Source of the DNA: Trueperaceae bacterium | GTDB lineage: Bacteria; Deinococcota; Deinococci; Deinococcales; Trueperaceae | Direction of reading: 5' to 3' | Length of the DNA: 64,000 nt | NCBI GenBank assembly: GCA_965213705.1 | Contig: OZ243913.1 | Coordinates: forward strand, 3,936,001 to 4,000,000 | Part shown: one piece after another, positions 40,020-50,353 of the stretch | Numbering within the stretch: the stretch's first letter is position 1 | Layout of the letters: every line of letters starts with the position of its first letter | Program-made: the position numbers and the translations under genes | Notes under the pieces: generated by a model | What the model saw: only the letters and a program-made list of their open reading frames with translations | Databases searched by the model: none | Told to the model about the DNA's origin: nothing

Positions 40020-40201
40020 CTTCTTGGTGATTATATAGGTCTCGGCCGAAAAAGGTGTTCAGTTACCGGCATTGGTAGAAAGGGCCGGAAAAAGTGTGGG
40101 CGCGAGAGCTGGAACAAGCGGCGTGGCGACACTTCCGACGGGTGCGGCGACCGTGACAGGTCAGACCCGGACGCAGCGCGTGGCTCTGCTAAACTGAGCC
40201 G

Positions 40202-40426
40202 GTGTTCGAAATCCTGGCCGGCGACGTTTTTGTGGTGGACGGCGACCTTCTCACCGTGTTCAAACTGCGCGTCGGCGTGGTAGGTGACCGCGTCGACACG
40301 TTCGTCCACTTTTCCTACCGTGGCAAGGTCAAGCTGCGGCCTGCGGAAAAGTTTTGCGGCTGGCTCGGCGCGGGTTTGGAAAACGGCACGGTGAAAAACC
40401 TCAACCGCGAGGCCGATTTTTTCTGA
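40202..40426 (+). CDS. Small hypothetical protein
   Basis: 74 aa ORF with host-like codon usage; no recognisable motif. Confidence 0.4.
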   Translation: MFEILAGDVFVVDGDLLTVFKLRVGVVGDRVDTFVHFSYRGKVKLRPAEKFCGWLGAGLENGTVKNLNREADFF

Positions 40427-40704
40427 GGGGTTCTCACAGGGCTGTCTTAACTCGGGTGAGAGATAACACGGCTTCCGGTACTACAGCTCCCCTTGGAAGA
40501 GTTGTTCGCTTCCTTATCGCTAGTCCGTGTTTTTTTCGCCCTGCTCGCATTTGATTCCGAAGAAATGAAACGGAAAAGGTACAAGCGCGGAGAATGGCGA
40601 ATGCAGAAGGGGAACGAGGCGGCAGTCTGTGTTTTGCAGTCCGACTCCCGACCTCCTCGTTCAACAGCTTCAGCCTGCGCTTGAAATGAGTTGTAGGTTT
40701 GTTC

Positions 40705-41664
40705 TTACGAAGCGTCCAGCACCCCCCGCGCCGCCACGTCGTCGGTGACGAGCACGTCGGCGTAACCGCCGCGCAACGCGCCGCCGAGCGCCGCTGTCTT
40801 AGCCGCGCCCCCCGCGACGACCACGACGGTCGGAATCGCTTTCAGGGCGTCTAAGCCGATAGTCACGGCCCGTTCGTTGACGCCCGCCGCCACGGGACGT
40901 CCGTTTGGACCGTAGAACTGCGCGCAGACGTGGCCGGTCGCGCCGGCTTTTTTGAGTCGTCCCAAGTCTTTTTTGCTCAAGTAACCCTTAAAAATGAGGC
41001 CGGAGGCGTCGGCGGTCAGCGGGCCGACGCCGGTGAGTACGATATCGGCCTTTTTCGCCGTTTGGATGAGGTCTTTCACAAGCGGTTCTTGCAGCAACCG
41101 GTCGCGCGTCTCCGCGCTCTCGACCATCAGCGGGGCGTGCAAGTAGCGGTAGGTCGCCGAATACTTGTTGGCGAGCTGGCGCGCTAAGTCGGGGCCGTCT
41201 TGCAGCGGGTTCCCCGAGCCGAGCGCGCCGATGATTTGCAGCACGGTCAGGTCTTTGAGCGGGCGCGGCGCGACTTGGCTTACGGTGCTGGCGAGCGAGC
41301 GGCCGTAAGACACGCCGAGCACCAGGCCGCTGCGGATGACGCCTCCCAAGTAACGTGCCGCTAAGTAACCCAACCCGTCTATGGTCTCGGCTTCGGTGCG
41401 CCCGTCGGAGCGGAGCACGAACCCCTGCTCCAAGCTGAAAGCATTTTTGAGGTCGCGCTCCAAGGCACTGTCGCGCACCCACTTGTACTGAATGGTTATT
41501 TTGACGACGCCCTTATCTCGAGCCTCTTTCAGCAGCCTCGAGACCGTCGAGCGCGAGGTTTGGAGTTGCCGCCCGATTTGCGCCTGGGTCAGTTGCTCTT
41601 CGTAGTACAACTTGGCGACTTCGACCAGCAAGCCGGTGTCGTCGTCGGAGGGTGGGTTGTTCAT
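40705..41664 (-). CDS. SorC/DeoR-type sugar-binding transcriptional regulator
   Basis: VAKLYYEEQLTQAQIG....SRSTVSRLL; start ATG 41664. Confidence 0.9.
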   Translation of the reverse strand: MNNPPSDDDTGLLVEVAKLYYEEQLTQAQIGRQLQTSRSTVSRLLKEARDKGVVKITIQYKWVRDSALERDLKNAFSLEQGFVLRSDGRTEAETIDGLGYLAARYLGGVIRSGLVLGVSYGRSLASTVSQVAPRPLKDLTVLQIIGALGSGNPLQDGPDLARQLANKYSATYRYLHAPLMVESAETRDRLLQEPLVKDLIQTAKKADIVLTGVGPLTADASGLIFKGYLSKKDLGRLKKAGATGHVCAQFYGPNGRPVAAGVNERAVTIGLDALKAIPTVVVVAGGAAKTAALGGALRGGYADVLVTDDVAARGVLDAS

Positions 41665-41700
41665 GCGCTTGTGGGTCTCCAGTCGTGAGCTTACAGGTTC

Positions 41701-41763
41701 TTTGCACACCTGTGCAAAAGGTTGCACCCTTGTGTTGACCGAGTTTACACCGCGTGATACGTT
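41701..41763. promoter_or_regulatory. Palindromic operator and ulaG promoter
   Basis: TTTGCACA-CC-TGTGCAAA (41701-41718); TTGACC-17 bp-TACGTT. Confidence 0.65.
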
Positions 41764-41853
41764 TTGGTAACAAACAATCTTTTTCGCCCGCACCGGCCGT
41801 AAAGTGCCGTAGGTACGTCGCGGACGAGCCCTGAATAGCAAGGAGCCGCAAGG

Positions 41854-42918
41854 TTGAGCAAAGTCAACGAACTGACGAGAGAAAACTGGATACTGAGCAC
41901 CTTCCCCGAATGGGGCACCTGGCTCAACGAAGAAATTGAGGCCGAGACCGTTTCCCCCGGCACCTTTGCGATGTGGTGGCTCGGCTGCACCGGTATCTGG
42001 CTCAAGACCGAGGGCGGCGCGAACCTTTGCTTCGACCTGTGGGTGGGCAGCGGCAAGCGTTCGCAAAAGCTGCCCGACATGACCCCCGACCACCAGCACC
42101 GCCGCGCCATCGGCGCGGTGCAGATTCAGCCGAACCTGCGCAACGCGCCCTGCGTGCTGGACCCCTTCGCGATTCGCGAAATCGACGCGGTGCTCGCCAC
42201 CCACCACCACAGCGACCACATCGACGTGAACGTGGCGGCGGCGGTCGTGCAAAACTGCGGCCCGCACGTGCAGTTTATCGGGCCTGAGACCTGCACCGAC
42301 CTGTGGAAAAAGTGGGGCGTACCCGAGGAGAGGTGCGTGACGGTGCGACCGGGCGACAGCGTGACGGTCAAGGACACGGAAGTTATAGCGCTCGAGTCCT
42401 TCGACCGCACCGTGCTCGTGACCGCGCCCAAAGGCGTCGTGTTGAAAGACCAACCTGTCCAGGACATGGACCGGTCGGCGGTGAACTACCTCGTGAAAAC
42501 CCCCGGCGGCAGCCTATACCACGGCGGCGACTCGCACTACTCGAATTGGTACGCCAAGCACGGCCAGGACTTTTCTATCGACGTGGCGCTGGGCTCGTTC
42601 GGCGACAACCCCGTCGGCATGACCGACAAAATGACTTCCGTAGACCTGCTTAAGATGGCCGAGAGTTTGCAAGCGCAAGTGGTTATCCCCGTTCACCACG
42701 ACATTTGGAGCAATTTTCAGGCCGACACCAACGAGATTTTGGTGCTCTGGAACATGCGCAAACACCGGCACAAGTACGCGTTCAAACCCTTCATCTGGCA
42801 AGTCGGTGGTAAGTTCACCTATCCAGCCGACAAGGACGCGTTGCAGTTCAACTACCGGCGCGGTTTCGAAGACGCTTTTACGAGCGAGCCCGATTTACCG
42901 TTCAAGGCGCTGCTCTAG
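41854..42918 (+). CDS. ulaG: L-ascorbate-6-phosphate lactonase UlaG (metallo-beta-lactamase fold)
   Basis: [48 protein letters not shown]. Confidence 0.92.
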   Translation: MSKVNELTRENWILSTFPEWGTWLNEEIEAETVSPGTFAMWWLGCTGIWLKTEGGANLCFDLWVGSGKRSQKLPDMTPDHQHRRAIGAVQIQPNLRNAPCVLDPFAIREIDAVLATHHHSDHIDVNVAAAVVQNCGPHVQFIGPETCTDLWKKWGVPEERCVTVRPGDSVTVKDTEVIALESFDRTVLVTAPKGVVLKDQPVQDMDRSAVNYLVKTPGGSLYHGGDSHYSNWYAKHGQDFSIDVALGSFGDNPVGMTDKMTSVDLLKMAESLQAQVVIPVHHDIWSNFQADTNEILVLWNMRKHRHKYAFKPFIWQVGGKFTYPADKDALQFNYRRGFEDAFTSEPDLPFKALL

Positions 42919-43032
42919 CAGGTTTCATCAGGGAAGTTTTTTCATCAGGGAAGTTCCCGGCAGCCCCCCGCCGGTAGCTACAAAGGAGAAAGTCGTGACC
43001 AAAGTTCTAGCCGTTCTAGCAAAGGAGAACAA

Positions 43033-44367
43033 ATGAAAAGTGTTCGCATTTTAGGCTTGCTGCTCTTAGCGACGTTGGGTTTGTCGTTTGCACAGCCCTA
43101 CGCAGACTATGAAGGCACGACCATCGTCGTGAGCTGGCCCGCCCTGGGTCACTTCGAGGCGGCCGCCACGCTCATCCCACAGTTCACCGAGGAAACGGGC
43201 ATCGAGGTCGAACTCGATCTAACCCAATACCTCAACATGAAAGACCGCCAAATCACCGAGATTTCCAAACCCGGCTCGGGTGACTTAGACGTGGTTTCGT
43301 GGGTGGTGTTTACCAAAAACGAGTACGTGGCGAACCAGTGGCTCGAGCCCCTGGCCCCCTACCTCAACAACCCGCGACTCACCATGCCCGACTACGACAT
43401 TGCCGACATCGTCCCCGCCTACCTCACCAACGGCGGCAAGTCCGGCGGGCGCAAGGGTTACTTAGAAGGTCCCGGCGCGTCGCTCTACGGCATCCCGTTC
43501 AGCCCCGAGACGAGCATCCTGGCCTACCGCACCGACATCTTCGACGAGTACGACTTAGAAGTTCCTACGACCTACGACGAACTGCTTGAGACCGCGCAGT
43601 TCATCACTGATAACGTACCCGGCGTCTACGGCATGACCACGCGCGGCTCGGCCGGGCACCAGGTCGTCCACGCCTGGCTGCTACACCTGTCGCCCCTGGG
43701 CGGCACCGTGCTGGACGACAACTACAACCCCGTCGTGAACTCGCCCGAGGCGATTCAGGCGGTCGAGACGCTGCAGACGATTCTCGAGAACTCCCCTCCC
43801 GGTGCCGAAGCGAACGGCGCGGGCGAGCAGGACGCGGCGTTTTTACAAGGTGATTCCGCCATGTACTTAGACCGCATGGCAATCGCGCCGATGGTCTCGA
43901 ACCCGGAAGTCTCCAACGTCGTCGGCAAAGTCGGCTACGCGCTCCACCCCACCGCCGCGACCTGCGGCAGTGAGACGGGGGGCTTTGCAATGGGCATTCC
44001 CTCGAACTCGCAAAACAAAGAAGCCGCGTGGCTCTTCATCCAGTGGTTTACGAGCAAGATGGGCGACCGGATGATTGTCGACGCGGGCGGTAACCCCATG
44101 CGCATGTCGACCCTCGCCGACCCCGAACTGCAAGCCGCGCACCCCGAGTTCCCGGTCGTCTTGGAGCAGCTGGAGTGCGCCAACGCCGACTGGCGGCCCC
44201 TCATCCCCGAGTGGCCCGCGATGAACGCGCCGATTTTGGGTGAAGAGATTTCAGCCGCGCTCACCGGCCAAAAGAGCATCGAAGACGCGATGAACTCCGC
44301 CAACGACCGCCTGCGCGAACTCCTCGACCGCGCCGGTTACTACAGCTGGGGCTCGAGCCAACAATAA
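43033..44367 (+). CDS. Sugar ABC transporter substrate-binding protein (CUT1)
   Basis: Signal peptide, YRTDIF...VPTTYDEL, NKEAAWLFIQW. Confidence 0.88.
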   Translation: MKSVRILGLLLLATLGLSFAQPYADYEGTTIVVSWPALGHFEAAATLIPQFTEETGIEVELDLTQYLNMKDRQITEISKPGSGDLDVVSWVVFTKNEYVANQWLEPLAPYLNNPRLTMPDYDIADIVPAYLTNGGKSGGRKGYLEGPGASLYGIPFSPETSILAYRTDIFDEYDLEVPTTYDELLETAQFITDNVPGVYGMTTRGSAGHQVVHAWLLHLSPLGGTVLDDNYNPVVNSPEAIQAVETLQTILENSPPGAEANGAGEQDAAFLQGDSAMYLDRMAIAPMVSNPEVSNVVGKVGYALHPTAATCGSETGGFAMGIPSNSQNKEAAWLFIQWFTSKMGDRMIVDAGGNPMRMSTLADPELQAAHPEFPVVLEQLECANADWRPLIPEWPAMNAPILGEEISAALTGQKSIEDAMNSANDRLRELLDRAGYYSWGSSQQ

Positions 44368-44377
44368 ACTCTAAAAA

Positions 44378-44502
44378 GTCCCCCTTTGAGGGGGATTTAG
44401 GGGGTCTCACCGAGTCTCAAAGCTTGAAAGACCCCCACCTGAACACCCCGGCTCGAGTGAGACCCCTCCGCCCTGCGGGCACCTCCCCTCAAAGGGGAGG
44501 TC
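44378..44502. repeat. Cluster of REP-like palindromes after the substrate-binding protein gene
   Basis: TCCCCCTTTGAGGGGGATTTAGGGGGTCT and GACCCCTCCGCCCTGCGGGCACCTCCCCTCAAAGGGGAGGT. Confidence 0.75.
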
Positions 44503-44551
44503 AAAAATTTCTCGGGCCTCCCCTTTATTGAGAGCACGTTGAGAGAATATT

Positions 44552-45460
44552 ATGCGCACGAACAGAGCCGTCCCCTATCTTTTTTTACTTCCCGCCGTCG
44601 CCATCCTGGTGCTCGGCCTCATGGTGCCGCTCTACAACTCGCTGGTGCTCAGTTTCTACGACTGGAACTTTGGGCAGGCGTGGGCGGACAAGGATTATTT
44701 GGGCTTTCAAAATTTCCGCCGTCTCCTCACCGACCCGGTCGTGTGGGCGTCGGTGCGCACGACGTTTATATTTGGTTTTTGGGTCGTGCTGTTGGAGATG
44801 ATTATCGGCGTCGGGCTGGCGCTGCTTTTAGAAAAGCCGGTGCGCGGGGCGTCGTTCTTTCGGACCATCTTCGTGCTGCCGCTGATGATTGCGCCCATCG
44901 TAGTGGGCCTCGTGTGGCGCTACCTGCTCGACGCGCGCAACGGAGTCATCAACTATTATCTCGAGGCCGTCGGCAACGCCCTCCCCTTTTTGCAAAACCT
45001 CGGTTTCGACAGACAGGAATGGCTCGCCAAACCCGACCTGGCGATGCTCTCAATCGTCGTCAGCGACGTGTGGCAGTGGACGCCGTTCATTTTTATGATT
45101 GCGCTGGCCGGGTTGCAAGGTTTGCCGAGCAACATCGTCGAGGCGTCGCACATCGACGGGGCGAACTGGTGGCAGATGACCTGGAACATCAAACTGCCGA
45201 TGATGCGCAACATCCTCCTCATCGCGCTGCTGATGCGAATTATCGACGTGTTCCGGGCGCTCGAAGTCATCTACATCATGACCAACGGCGGGCCGGGCGC
45301 TTCGACACGGGTGCTGTCGCTGCTGCTTTTCCAAACCGCCTTCACCTCGCAAGACCTGGGCTACGCCGCGACGATTGCGGTGCTGCTGAGCGTTATCTTA
45401 ATCGTGCTCAGCGTGCTGCTGATGCTCTACAACAACCCGCTGAAAGACCGGGCGGTCTAG
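44552..45460 (+). CDS. Sugar ABC permease
   Basis: WQWTPF, EAA-like loop EASHIDGA. Confidence 0.9.
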   Translation: MRTNRAVPYLFLLPAVAILVLGLMVPLYNSLVLSFYDWNFGQAWADKDYLGFQNFRRLLTDPVVWASVRTTFIFGFWVVLLEMIIGVGLALLLEKPVRGASFFRTIFVLPLMIAPIVVGLVWRYLLDARNGVINYYLEAVGNALPFLQNLGFDRQEWLAKPDLAMLSIVVSDVWQWTPFIFMIALAGLQGLPSNIVEASHIDGANWWQMTWNIKLPMMRNILLIALLMRIIDVFRALEVIYIMTNGGPGASTRVLSLLLFQTAFTSQDLGYAATIAVLLSVILIVLSVLLMLYNNPLKDRAV

Positions 45461-46399
45461 GTGCAGCAGACCGTCCAACGCGGCTTGGAAAAGCGCGAAC
45501 AGAAGGCGCGCAACGCCCCCGTCAAAAGCGGTGACGTATGGCGCTACATTGCACTGGTAACCCTGGCGCTCGTCACGCTCGCGCCTATTTTTGTGATGTT
45601 CGCGACCTCACTCAAACTTCCCGTGGAGATTCAGTCTCGAGTTCCCCGCTGGATTTTCATGCCCACGGTGAGCAACTATACCGAAGTCATCACGCAGTAC
45701 CGGATGATTCCCTACCTCGTCTCGTCGCTCGTCATCGCGTTGGGTTCGACCTTTTTCACGCTTCTCACGGCGGGCATGGCGGCGTTTGCGCTGGCGCGGA
45801 TGCGCTTTCCGGGGCGCGGAATAATCGCGCAGACGACGCTCGTGATTCGCATGATTCCCCCGGCGGTCATCGCGGTGGCGGTCATCGGTTTCTGGATTTC
45901 GTGGAACATCAGCGACGTTTCCGAAGGCGTGCGTTTCAACTTACCCAACGGCCTCGGGCGAGGCGACCTGTTCGACGGCTCGCAACTCGGGCTGATGCTG
46001 TTTTACACGGCGCTCAACCTGCCCTTTTCGGTGTGGCTGCTGTTCGGCTTCATCCAGCAGATTCCGGTGGAGTTGGAAGAGGCGGCCATCGTCGATGGCG
46101 CGAACCTGCTGCAAGTCTTGTTCCGCGTGATTTTCCCGCTCATGGGCGGCGGCTTCGCGGTCTCGGCGATTTTTACCTTTCGCATCGCCTGGAACGAGTT
46201 CATCCTGGCGCTCTTTTTGACAAGTCGCTACACCAAAACGCTGCCCGTGTTCGCGTCGGAATTTATCCGCGACGACGGTGTGCTCTGGGGCCAGATGATG
46301 GCGGTCGGCAGCCTCATCGCCATTCCGCCCCTCATCATCACCTTTTTCGCCGCCAAGCAGATTATTGCGGGAATGACGGCGGGGGCGGTGAAGGGGTAG
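45461..46399 (+). CDS. Sugar ABC permease
   Basis: ELEEAAIVDGA, WNEF, GMTAGAVKG. Confidence 0.9.
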   Translation: MQQTVQRGLEKREQKARNAPVKSGDVWRYIALVTLALVTLAPIFVMFATSLKLPVEIQSRVPRWIFMPTVSNYTEVITQYRMIPYLVSSLVIALGSTFFTLLTAGMAAFALARMRFPGRGIIAQTTLVIRMIPPAVIAVAVIGFWISWNISDVSEGVRFNLPNGLGRGDLFDGSQLGLMLFYTALNLPFSVWLLFGFIQQIPVELEEAAIVDGANLLQVLFRVIFPLMGGGFAVSAIFTFRIAWNEFILALFLTSRYTKTLPVFASEFIRDDGVLWGQMMAVGSLIAIPPLIITFFAAKQIIAGMTAGAVKG

Positions 46400-46408
46400 G
46401 GCAAACCC

Positions 46409-46450
46409 GACCCCTCAGTCTCTTCGAGCCAGCTCCCCTAAAAAGGGAGC
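46409..46450. repeat. REP-like element
   Basis: GACCCCTCAG...GCTCCCCTAAAAAGGGAGC. Confidence 0.6.
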
Positions 46451-46528
46451 CAAGAGAGTACGGCCAGTTTGATTATCCTCACTCGTATCTGTCATCGGAA
46501 AAGACCAAATAATCCCTGAAGGGACACC

Positions 46529-47188
46529 ATGAAACCCAAACTCCAGCTCGCTCTCGACATGTTCGACCTGCCCGCGGCACTCTCACCTCTGCAAAAAGCT
46601 CACAAACACATCGACATCGTCGAGTGCGGGACGATTCTTTGTTTGTCGGAGGGGATGCACGCGGTGCGGGCGGTAAAGAGTTTGTTCCCGGACAAAATCG
46701 TCCTCGCCGACGTGCGGATTGCCGAGGCGGGGGGCATCATTTCCAAAATGTGTTTCGACGCTGGAGCCGATTGGGTGACGGTGGTGAGCGGCGCGGCCCC
46801 GGCGAGTGCGGAGGTCGTCTTAAAAGAAGCGCGGAGTCGTGGGCGGGACATGCAAATCGAACTCAGCGACGGTTGGACGTGGGACCAGGTCGAGCACTGG
46901 CGCGCTCTCGGCGTGGGCCAAATCATCACCAAACGCAGCCGCGACGGCGAGGCCAAGGGCGAGTTGAGCTGGCAAGACGGCGACCTGAAAACCGTTCAGC
47001 GGTTGCACGACATGGGTTACAAGGTCTCGGTGGCGGGCGGCGTGACCGCTGAGGACGTGGCGCGGTTCGAGGGTGTGCCGGTCTACGCCTTTATCGTCGG
47101 GCGGGCGATTTACGGCGCGGACGACCCGGCGGGGGCGGCTGAAACTTTTCAGGAAGCCGTTTCTAAAACCTACGGCGCGGCGGTCTAG
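46529..47188 (+). CDS. ulaD: 3-keto-L-gulonate-6-phosphate decarboxylase (UlaD/SgbH-like)
   Basis: LQLALD, ECGTILC..EG, LADVRIAEAG, RSRD, IVGRAI. Confidence 0.85.
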   Translation: MKPKLQLALDMFDLPAALSPLQKAHKHIDIVECGTILCLSEGMHAVRAVKSLFPDKIVLADVRIAEAGGIISKMCFDAGADWVTVVSGAAPASAEVVLKEARSRGRDMQIELSDGWTWDQVEHWRALGVGQIITKRSRDGEAKGELSWQDGDLKTVQRLHDMGYKVSVAGGVTAEDVARFEGVPVYAFIVGRAIYGADDPAGAAETFQEAVSKTYGAAV

Positions 47189-47301
47189 CGTGCGCGGCGA
47201 CGAGAAACCGGGACTCGAGCCTTCATCCCCGCACCCGAAGCGTTAGGCTGAGGCGTGTGTAAGGTGATTTTCCTTCACGTTTTACCGGACGTGCCCTGAC
47301 C

Positions 47302-48261
47302 ATGCCCCGCTTCGACGTCACCACCATCGGCGAGGGGCAACTGCGGCTTTGCGTCCCGGCGGGGACGCGGCTCGAGCAGGCCAGACAGTTCGACGTTCAC
47401 ACCTCCGGCACCGAGGCTAATGTCACTTGCACGCTGTCGCGTTTGGGCTGGAGTTGCGGCTGGGTGAGCGCCCTGCCGGACACGCCCCTGGGCCGCCGCG
47501 TGGCGGGCGAGTACCGCTTTACCGGCCTGGACCTAACAGCCGTGAAATGGTCGCACGACCACCGCTTGGCAACCTACTACGTCGAGTATGCGGTGCCGCC
47601 CCGCTCGACGCAAGTGTATTACGACCGGGCGGGCACCTGTTTTACACAACTCACAGTCAGGGACATCGACTGGGATTACTTGCTCGACACACGGTTGCTG
47701 CACCTTTCAGGTTTGAGCATGGCGCTTTGCACCAACATTCAAGAGGTGTTGACCGAGGCGGCCGCGCGTGCGAAGGCGGCGGGCGTGCCGGTCAGCTTCG
47801 ACATGAACTACCGCAGCCGTTTGTGGGCGCCGCAGCGGGCGAGGGACTTGACCGAGCCGCTGGTGCGCAACGTGGATGTTCTTTTTTGTGGGCGCGCCGA
47901 CGCCGCACAGGTGTTCGGTTGCAGGGGTACACCCCAGGAAATGGTCGCGCAACTGGGTCAGCTGACCGACGCCCGGTACATCGTCATGAGCATGTCACAC
48001 GAAGGGTTGATGGGCTGGGACGGCCACACCTACAGCCACGTGCCCGCTCGAGACGTCGTCATCCTAGACCGGATAGGCGCAGGCGACGCGATGGTGGCGG
48101 GCGTGCTGCACGGCTACCTGCAGGGCGAGTTCACCAAGGGTTTGGAGTACGGCGCGCTGACCGCCGCGCTTTCCTTGAGCCAGTACGGCGACCAGCCGGT
48201 GACGAACCGTCAAGAGTTGGAGCAGTTGCTGGTGCGGGGCGGCGGCGACATCGTCCGCTAA
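47302..48261 (+). CDS. PfkB-family sugar(-acid) kinase, KdgK-like
   Basis: GTEANV, FDMNYRSRLW, DRIGAGDA. Confidence 0.88.
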   Translation: MPRFDVTTIGEGQLRLCVPAGTRLEQARQFDVHTSGTEANVTCTLSRLGWSCGWVSALPDTPLGRRVAGEYRFTGLDLTAVKWSHDHRLATYYVEYAVPPRSTQVYYDRAGTCFTQLTVRDIDWDYLLDTRLLHLSGLSMALCTNIQEVLTEAAARAKAAGVPVSFDMNYRSRLWAPQRARDLTEPLVRNVDVLFCGRADAAQVFGCRGTPQEMVAQLGQLTDARYIVMSMSHEGLMGWDGHTYSHVPARDVVILDRIGAGDAMVAGVLHGYLQGEFTKGLEYGALTAALSLSQYGDQPVTNRQELEQLLVRGGGDIVR

Positions 48262-48677
48262 TGCGTTTCGGCCTTTTTGTCGAGGCGGGCTTTCAATAAC
48301 AAGCTCAAACTACCGAACAAGACCAGTGCCAAGCCACTTACAACGGCGACGACGTTCCGTGCAAAGCGGACGGTCTTCATTTGCCAGGGGTAGATGTCGT
48401 TCTCGAGCAGGTAGGTTTCGTTCAGAAAACGGACCGGCTCGCCGCGGGCATCGGTACTTTCTATAAACGCCTTTTTATCGAACACGAGGTACATGTTCGC
48501 GCCGCCTACGGGCGTGCCAACCTCGCCGAGGAGGGCGGCCGTGGCTTCACCGAAGGGGACGACGCGCTGCACCGTCTCAGCCTGACGCCCCAGCCAAAAG
48601 GTAGCGAGCAGTGCAAAAATCATGACCAAGGCGGCAAGGAGCGCCGTTCCCGCGCTGAGGCTCGCCAAGCGTTTCAC
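48258..48677 (-). CDS. Hypothetical membrane protein
   Basis: Two TM segments; adjacent to the YceI gene. Confidence 0.65.
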   Translation of the reverse strand: MKRLASLSAGTALLAALVMIFALLATFWLGRQAETVQRVVPFGEATAALLGEVGTPVGGANMYLVFDKKAFIESTDARGEPVRFLNETYLLENDIYPWQMKTVRFARNVVAVVSGLALVLFGSLSLLLKARLDKKAETH

Positions 48678-49274
48678 CTAGTCACTCGCGGAGGCGAAGA
48701 GAGTCACGCTCAGCTCGAGTTCGTCAGCGATACTGTCGGTTCCGTAAGCGGTGTTGTCTATTCCGTAGTCGCTCAGCTTGACGATAAAAGTAGTTTTAAC
48801 CGAGAGGATGTCGCCTCTAAAGCCCGCCGCTTTCGTTTCCTCGCTCTCGAGCAGCGAGCGCACGGTTGCCGTGGCCGTCAGCGGCGCGACGCCGCCACTC
48901 ATCGCGAGGCTGCCCGTAATCTTGTAGCGGTCGTTCCCCAAGGGCGTCACACTTTCTAAGTCCAGACGGACTTCGGGATAAGTGTCGAAGTTCAGCCATT
49001 TTCCGCTGCGCATGTTTTGGTCACGCCCGCGGCTGCCCGTGTCGATGGTGGTCGCGTCCAGACTGACGTAGCCCGAACCCGTCTGTGTCGTGGAATCGAA
49101 GCCGATTTCGCCCGTGAGCGCGCTCGAGGTGCCGCTGAAGTCTTCGGCGGGGGTGCTTGAGTTCACGACCATCACGCTTCTACCGTCGGTTCCCCCGGCA
49201 CCGACGACGTACTGGGGCTGCGCCAGACTGAAACCCGACAGTAAAAGGCACAGAAGAAATGGCACCGACTTCAC
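48678..49274 (-). CDS. YceI-family protein
   Basis: Signal peptide, IDTG...RDQNMR...WLNFDTYP, LSDYGI. Confidence 0.85.
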   Translation of the reverse strand: MKSVPFLLCLLLSGFSLAQPQYVVGAGGTDGRSVMVVNSSTPAEDFSGTSSALTGEIGFDSTTQTGSGYVSLDATTIDTGSRGRDQNMRSGKWLNFDTYPEVRLDLESVTPLGNDRYKITGSLAMSGGVAPLTATATVRSLLESEETKAAGFRGDILSVKTTFIVKLSDYGIDNTAYGTDSIADELELSVTLFASASD

Positions 49275-49714
49275 GGAGCCTCCAAAAAGGTCGCCCCTGT
49301 AGGCCCGAAGCCCACCTCTTGCACCGTGACACCTCCGTCTTTCGCCCACATGAAGTGAGGCACGCCTGCGGGCGTGTGGACGACCGAGCCGGCGGGATAG
49401 GGGATGAATTCGACCTCTTCCAAACTGTCGCCCACCCCGAAATACATTGTCCCGGACACCACGATGGTAAAGCGGTCGTCGGGGTGCGTGTGGCCGGGAA
49501 ACACGGCACCCGCGGGGATTTCACCGACCGAAGTGTAAAGTTCGGCGCGGTTGCCGTCCCCCAACAAGTTTGCGCTTCGCATACCTTGGACGAGCGGAAC
49601 GTCTTGCCAGTCGAACGCCTCGGGTGTGACGGCGTCGTAGCCGTAACCTTGGCTCAGCCCGAAGGTGGCGAGGGCGGCCATTAGGGTGACTAGGATGAGT
49701 CTCGAGACAGTCAT
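49271..49714 (-). CDS. Secreted cupin protein
   Basis: Signal peptide, PGHTHPDDR..VVSG...PAGVPHF. Confidence 0.8.
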   Translation of the reverse strand: MTVSRLILVTLMAALATFGLSQGYGYDAVTPEAFDWQDVPLVQGMRSANLLGDGNRAELYTSVGEIPAGAVFPGHTHPDDRFTIVVSGTMYFGVGDSLEEVEFIPYPAGSVVHTPAGVPHFMWAKDGGVTVQEVGFGPTGATFLEAP

Positions 49715-49771
49715 GTCAACTCCTTTAAAAGAATGCGTAATGGAACGATTGGTCAAAAACAAGCCAAAAAA

Positions 49772-50353
49772 TTAGTCGAGAACGCTGAGGGTGATGTCGA
49801 TGATGTCTTGCAAGGTTTCACGTTCGGGTCCGCGGCGGGCGCGAACTCTCAGGCCGAGCACGGTGTTGTACAAAAAGCGTGCGAGGGCCTGCGGGTCTTT
49901 GTCGGCGGCGATTTCTCCCTTCTGCTGGGCTTGTCTGAGTGCTGCCGCGAACACAGCTTCTTTGTCCGCCTCGGCCTCGTTGAGCCGCTTTCTAAGTTGC
50001 GGGTCGTGCGGCGCGAGTTCGGTCGAGGTATTTACCGCCAGGCAACCGTAATAAAAATCGGTCGTCAGCGACGATTCGAGGAGGGTGTCGAAAAGCCGTC
50101 TGAAGCCTTCCTTGACGTCTTCGGAAGCCTCGAGTACCCCGAGCATTTTTGCGCCCTGCTGCGCCTGGTAACGCTCGAAAACGCTCAAGAACAGGTCGCG
50201 TTTGTTGCCAAACGAGTTGTACAAGCTCTGCTTCGCCAGGCTTGTCTCTTTGACCAACTCGTCAACCGAGGTCGCTTCGTAGCCCTGCCGCCAGAAAAGT
50301 TTCATGGCGCGCTCGAGCACCTCTTCACGGTCGTAGGTCTGGGGTCGTGCGAT
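49772..50353 (-). CDS. TetR-family regulator (apparent ATC start codon)
   Basis: (M)ARPQTYDREEVLERAMKLFWRQGYEATS..SLYNSFGNK, GCLAVN; AGGAGGT precedes ATC. Confidence 0.85.
   Translation of the reverse strand: MARPQTYDREEVLERAMKLFWRQGYEATSVDELVKETSLAKQSLYNSFGNKRDLFLSVFERYQAQQGAKMLGVLEASEDVKEGFRRLFDTLLESSLTTDFYYGCLAVNTSTELAPHDPQLRKRLNEAEADKEAVFAAALRQAQQKGEIAADKDPQALARFLYNTVLGLRVRARRGPERETLQDIIDITLSVLD

Noticed and set aside
40705..42453. 582-aa ORF as a fusion protein
   Set aside because: The N-terminal part is the antisense shadow of ulaG; the regulator starts at 41664.
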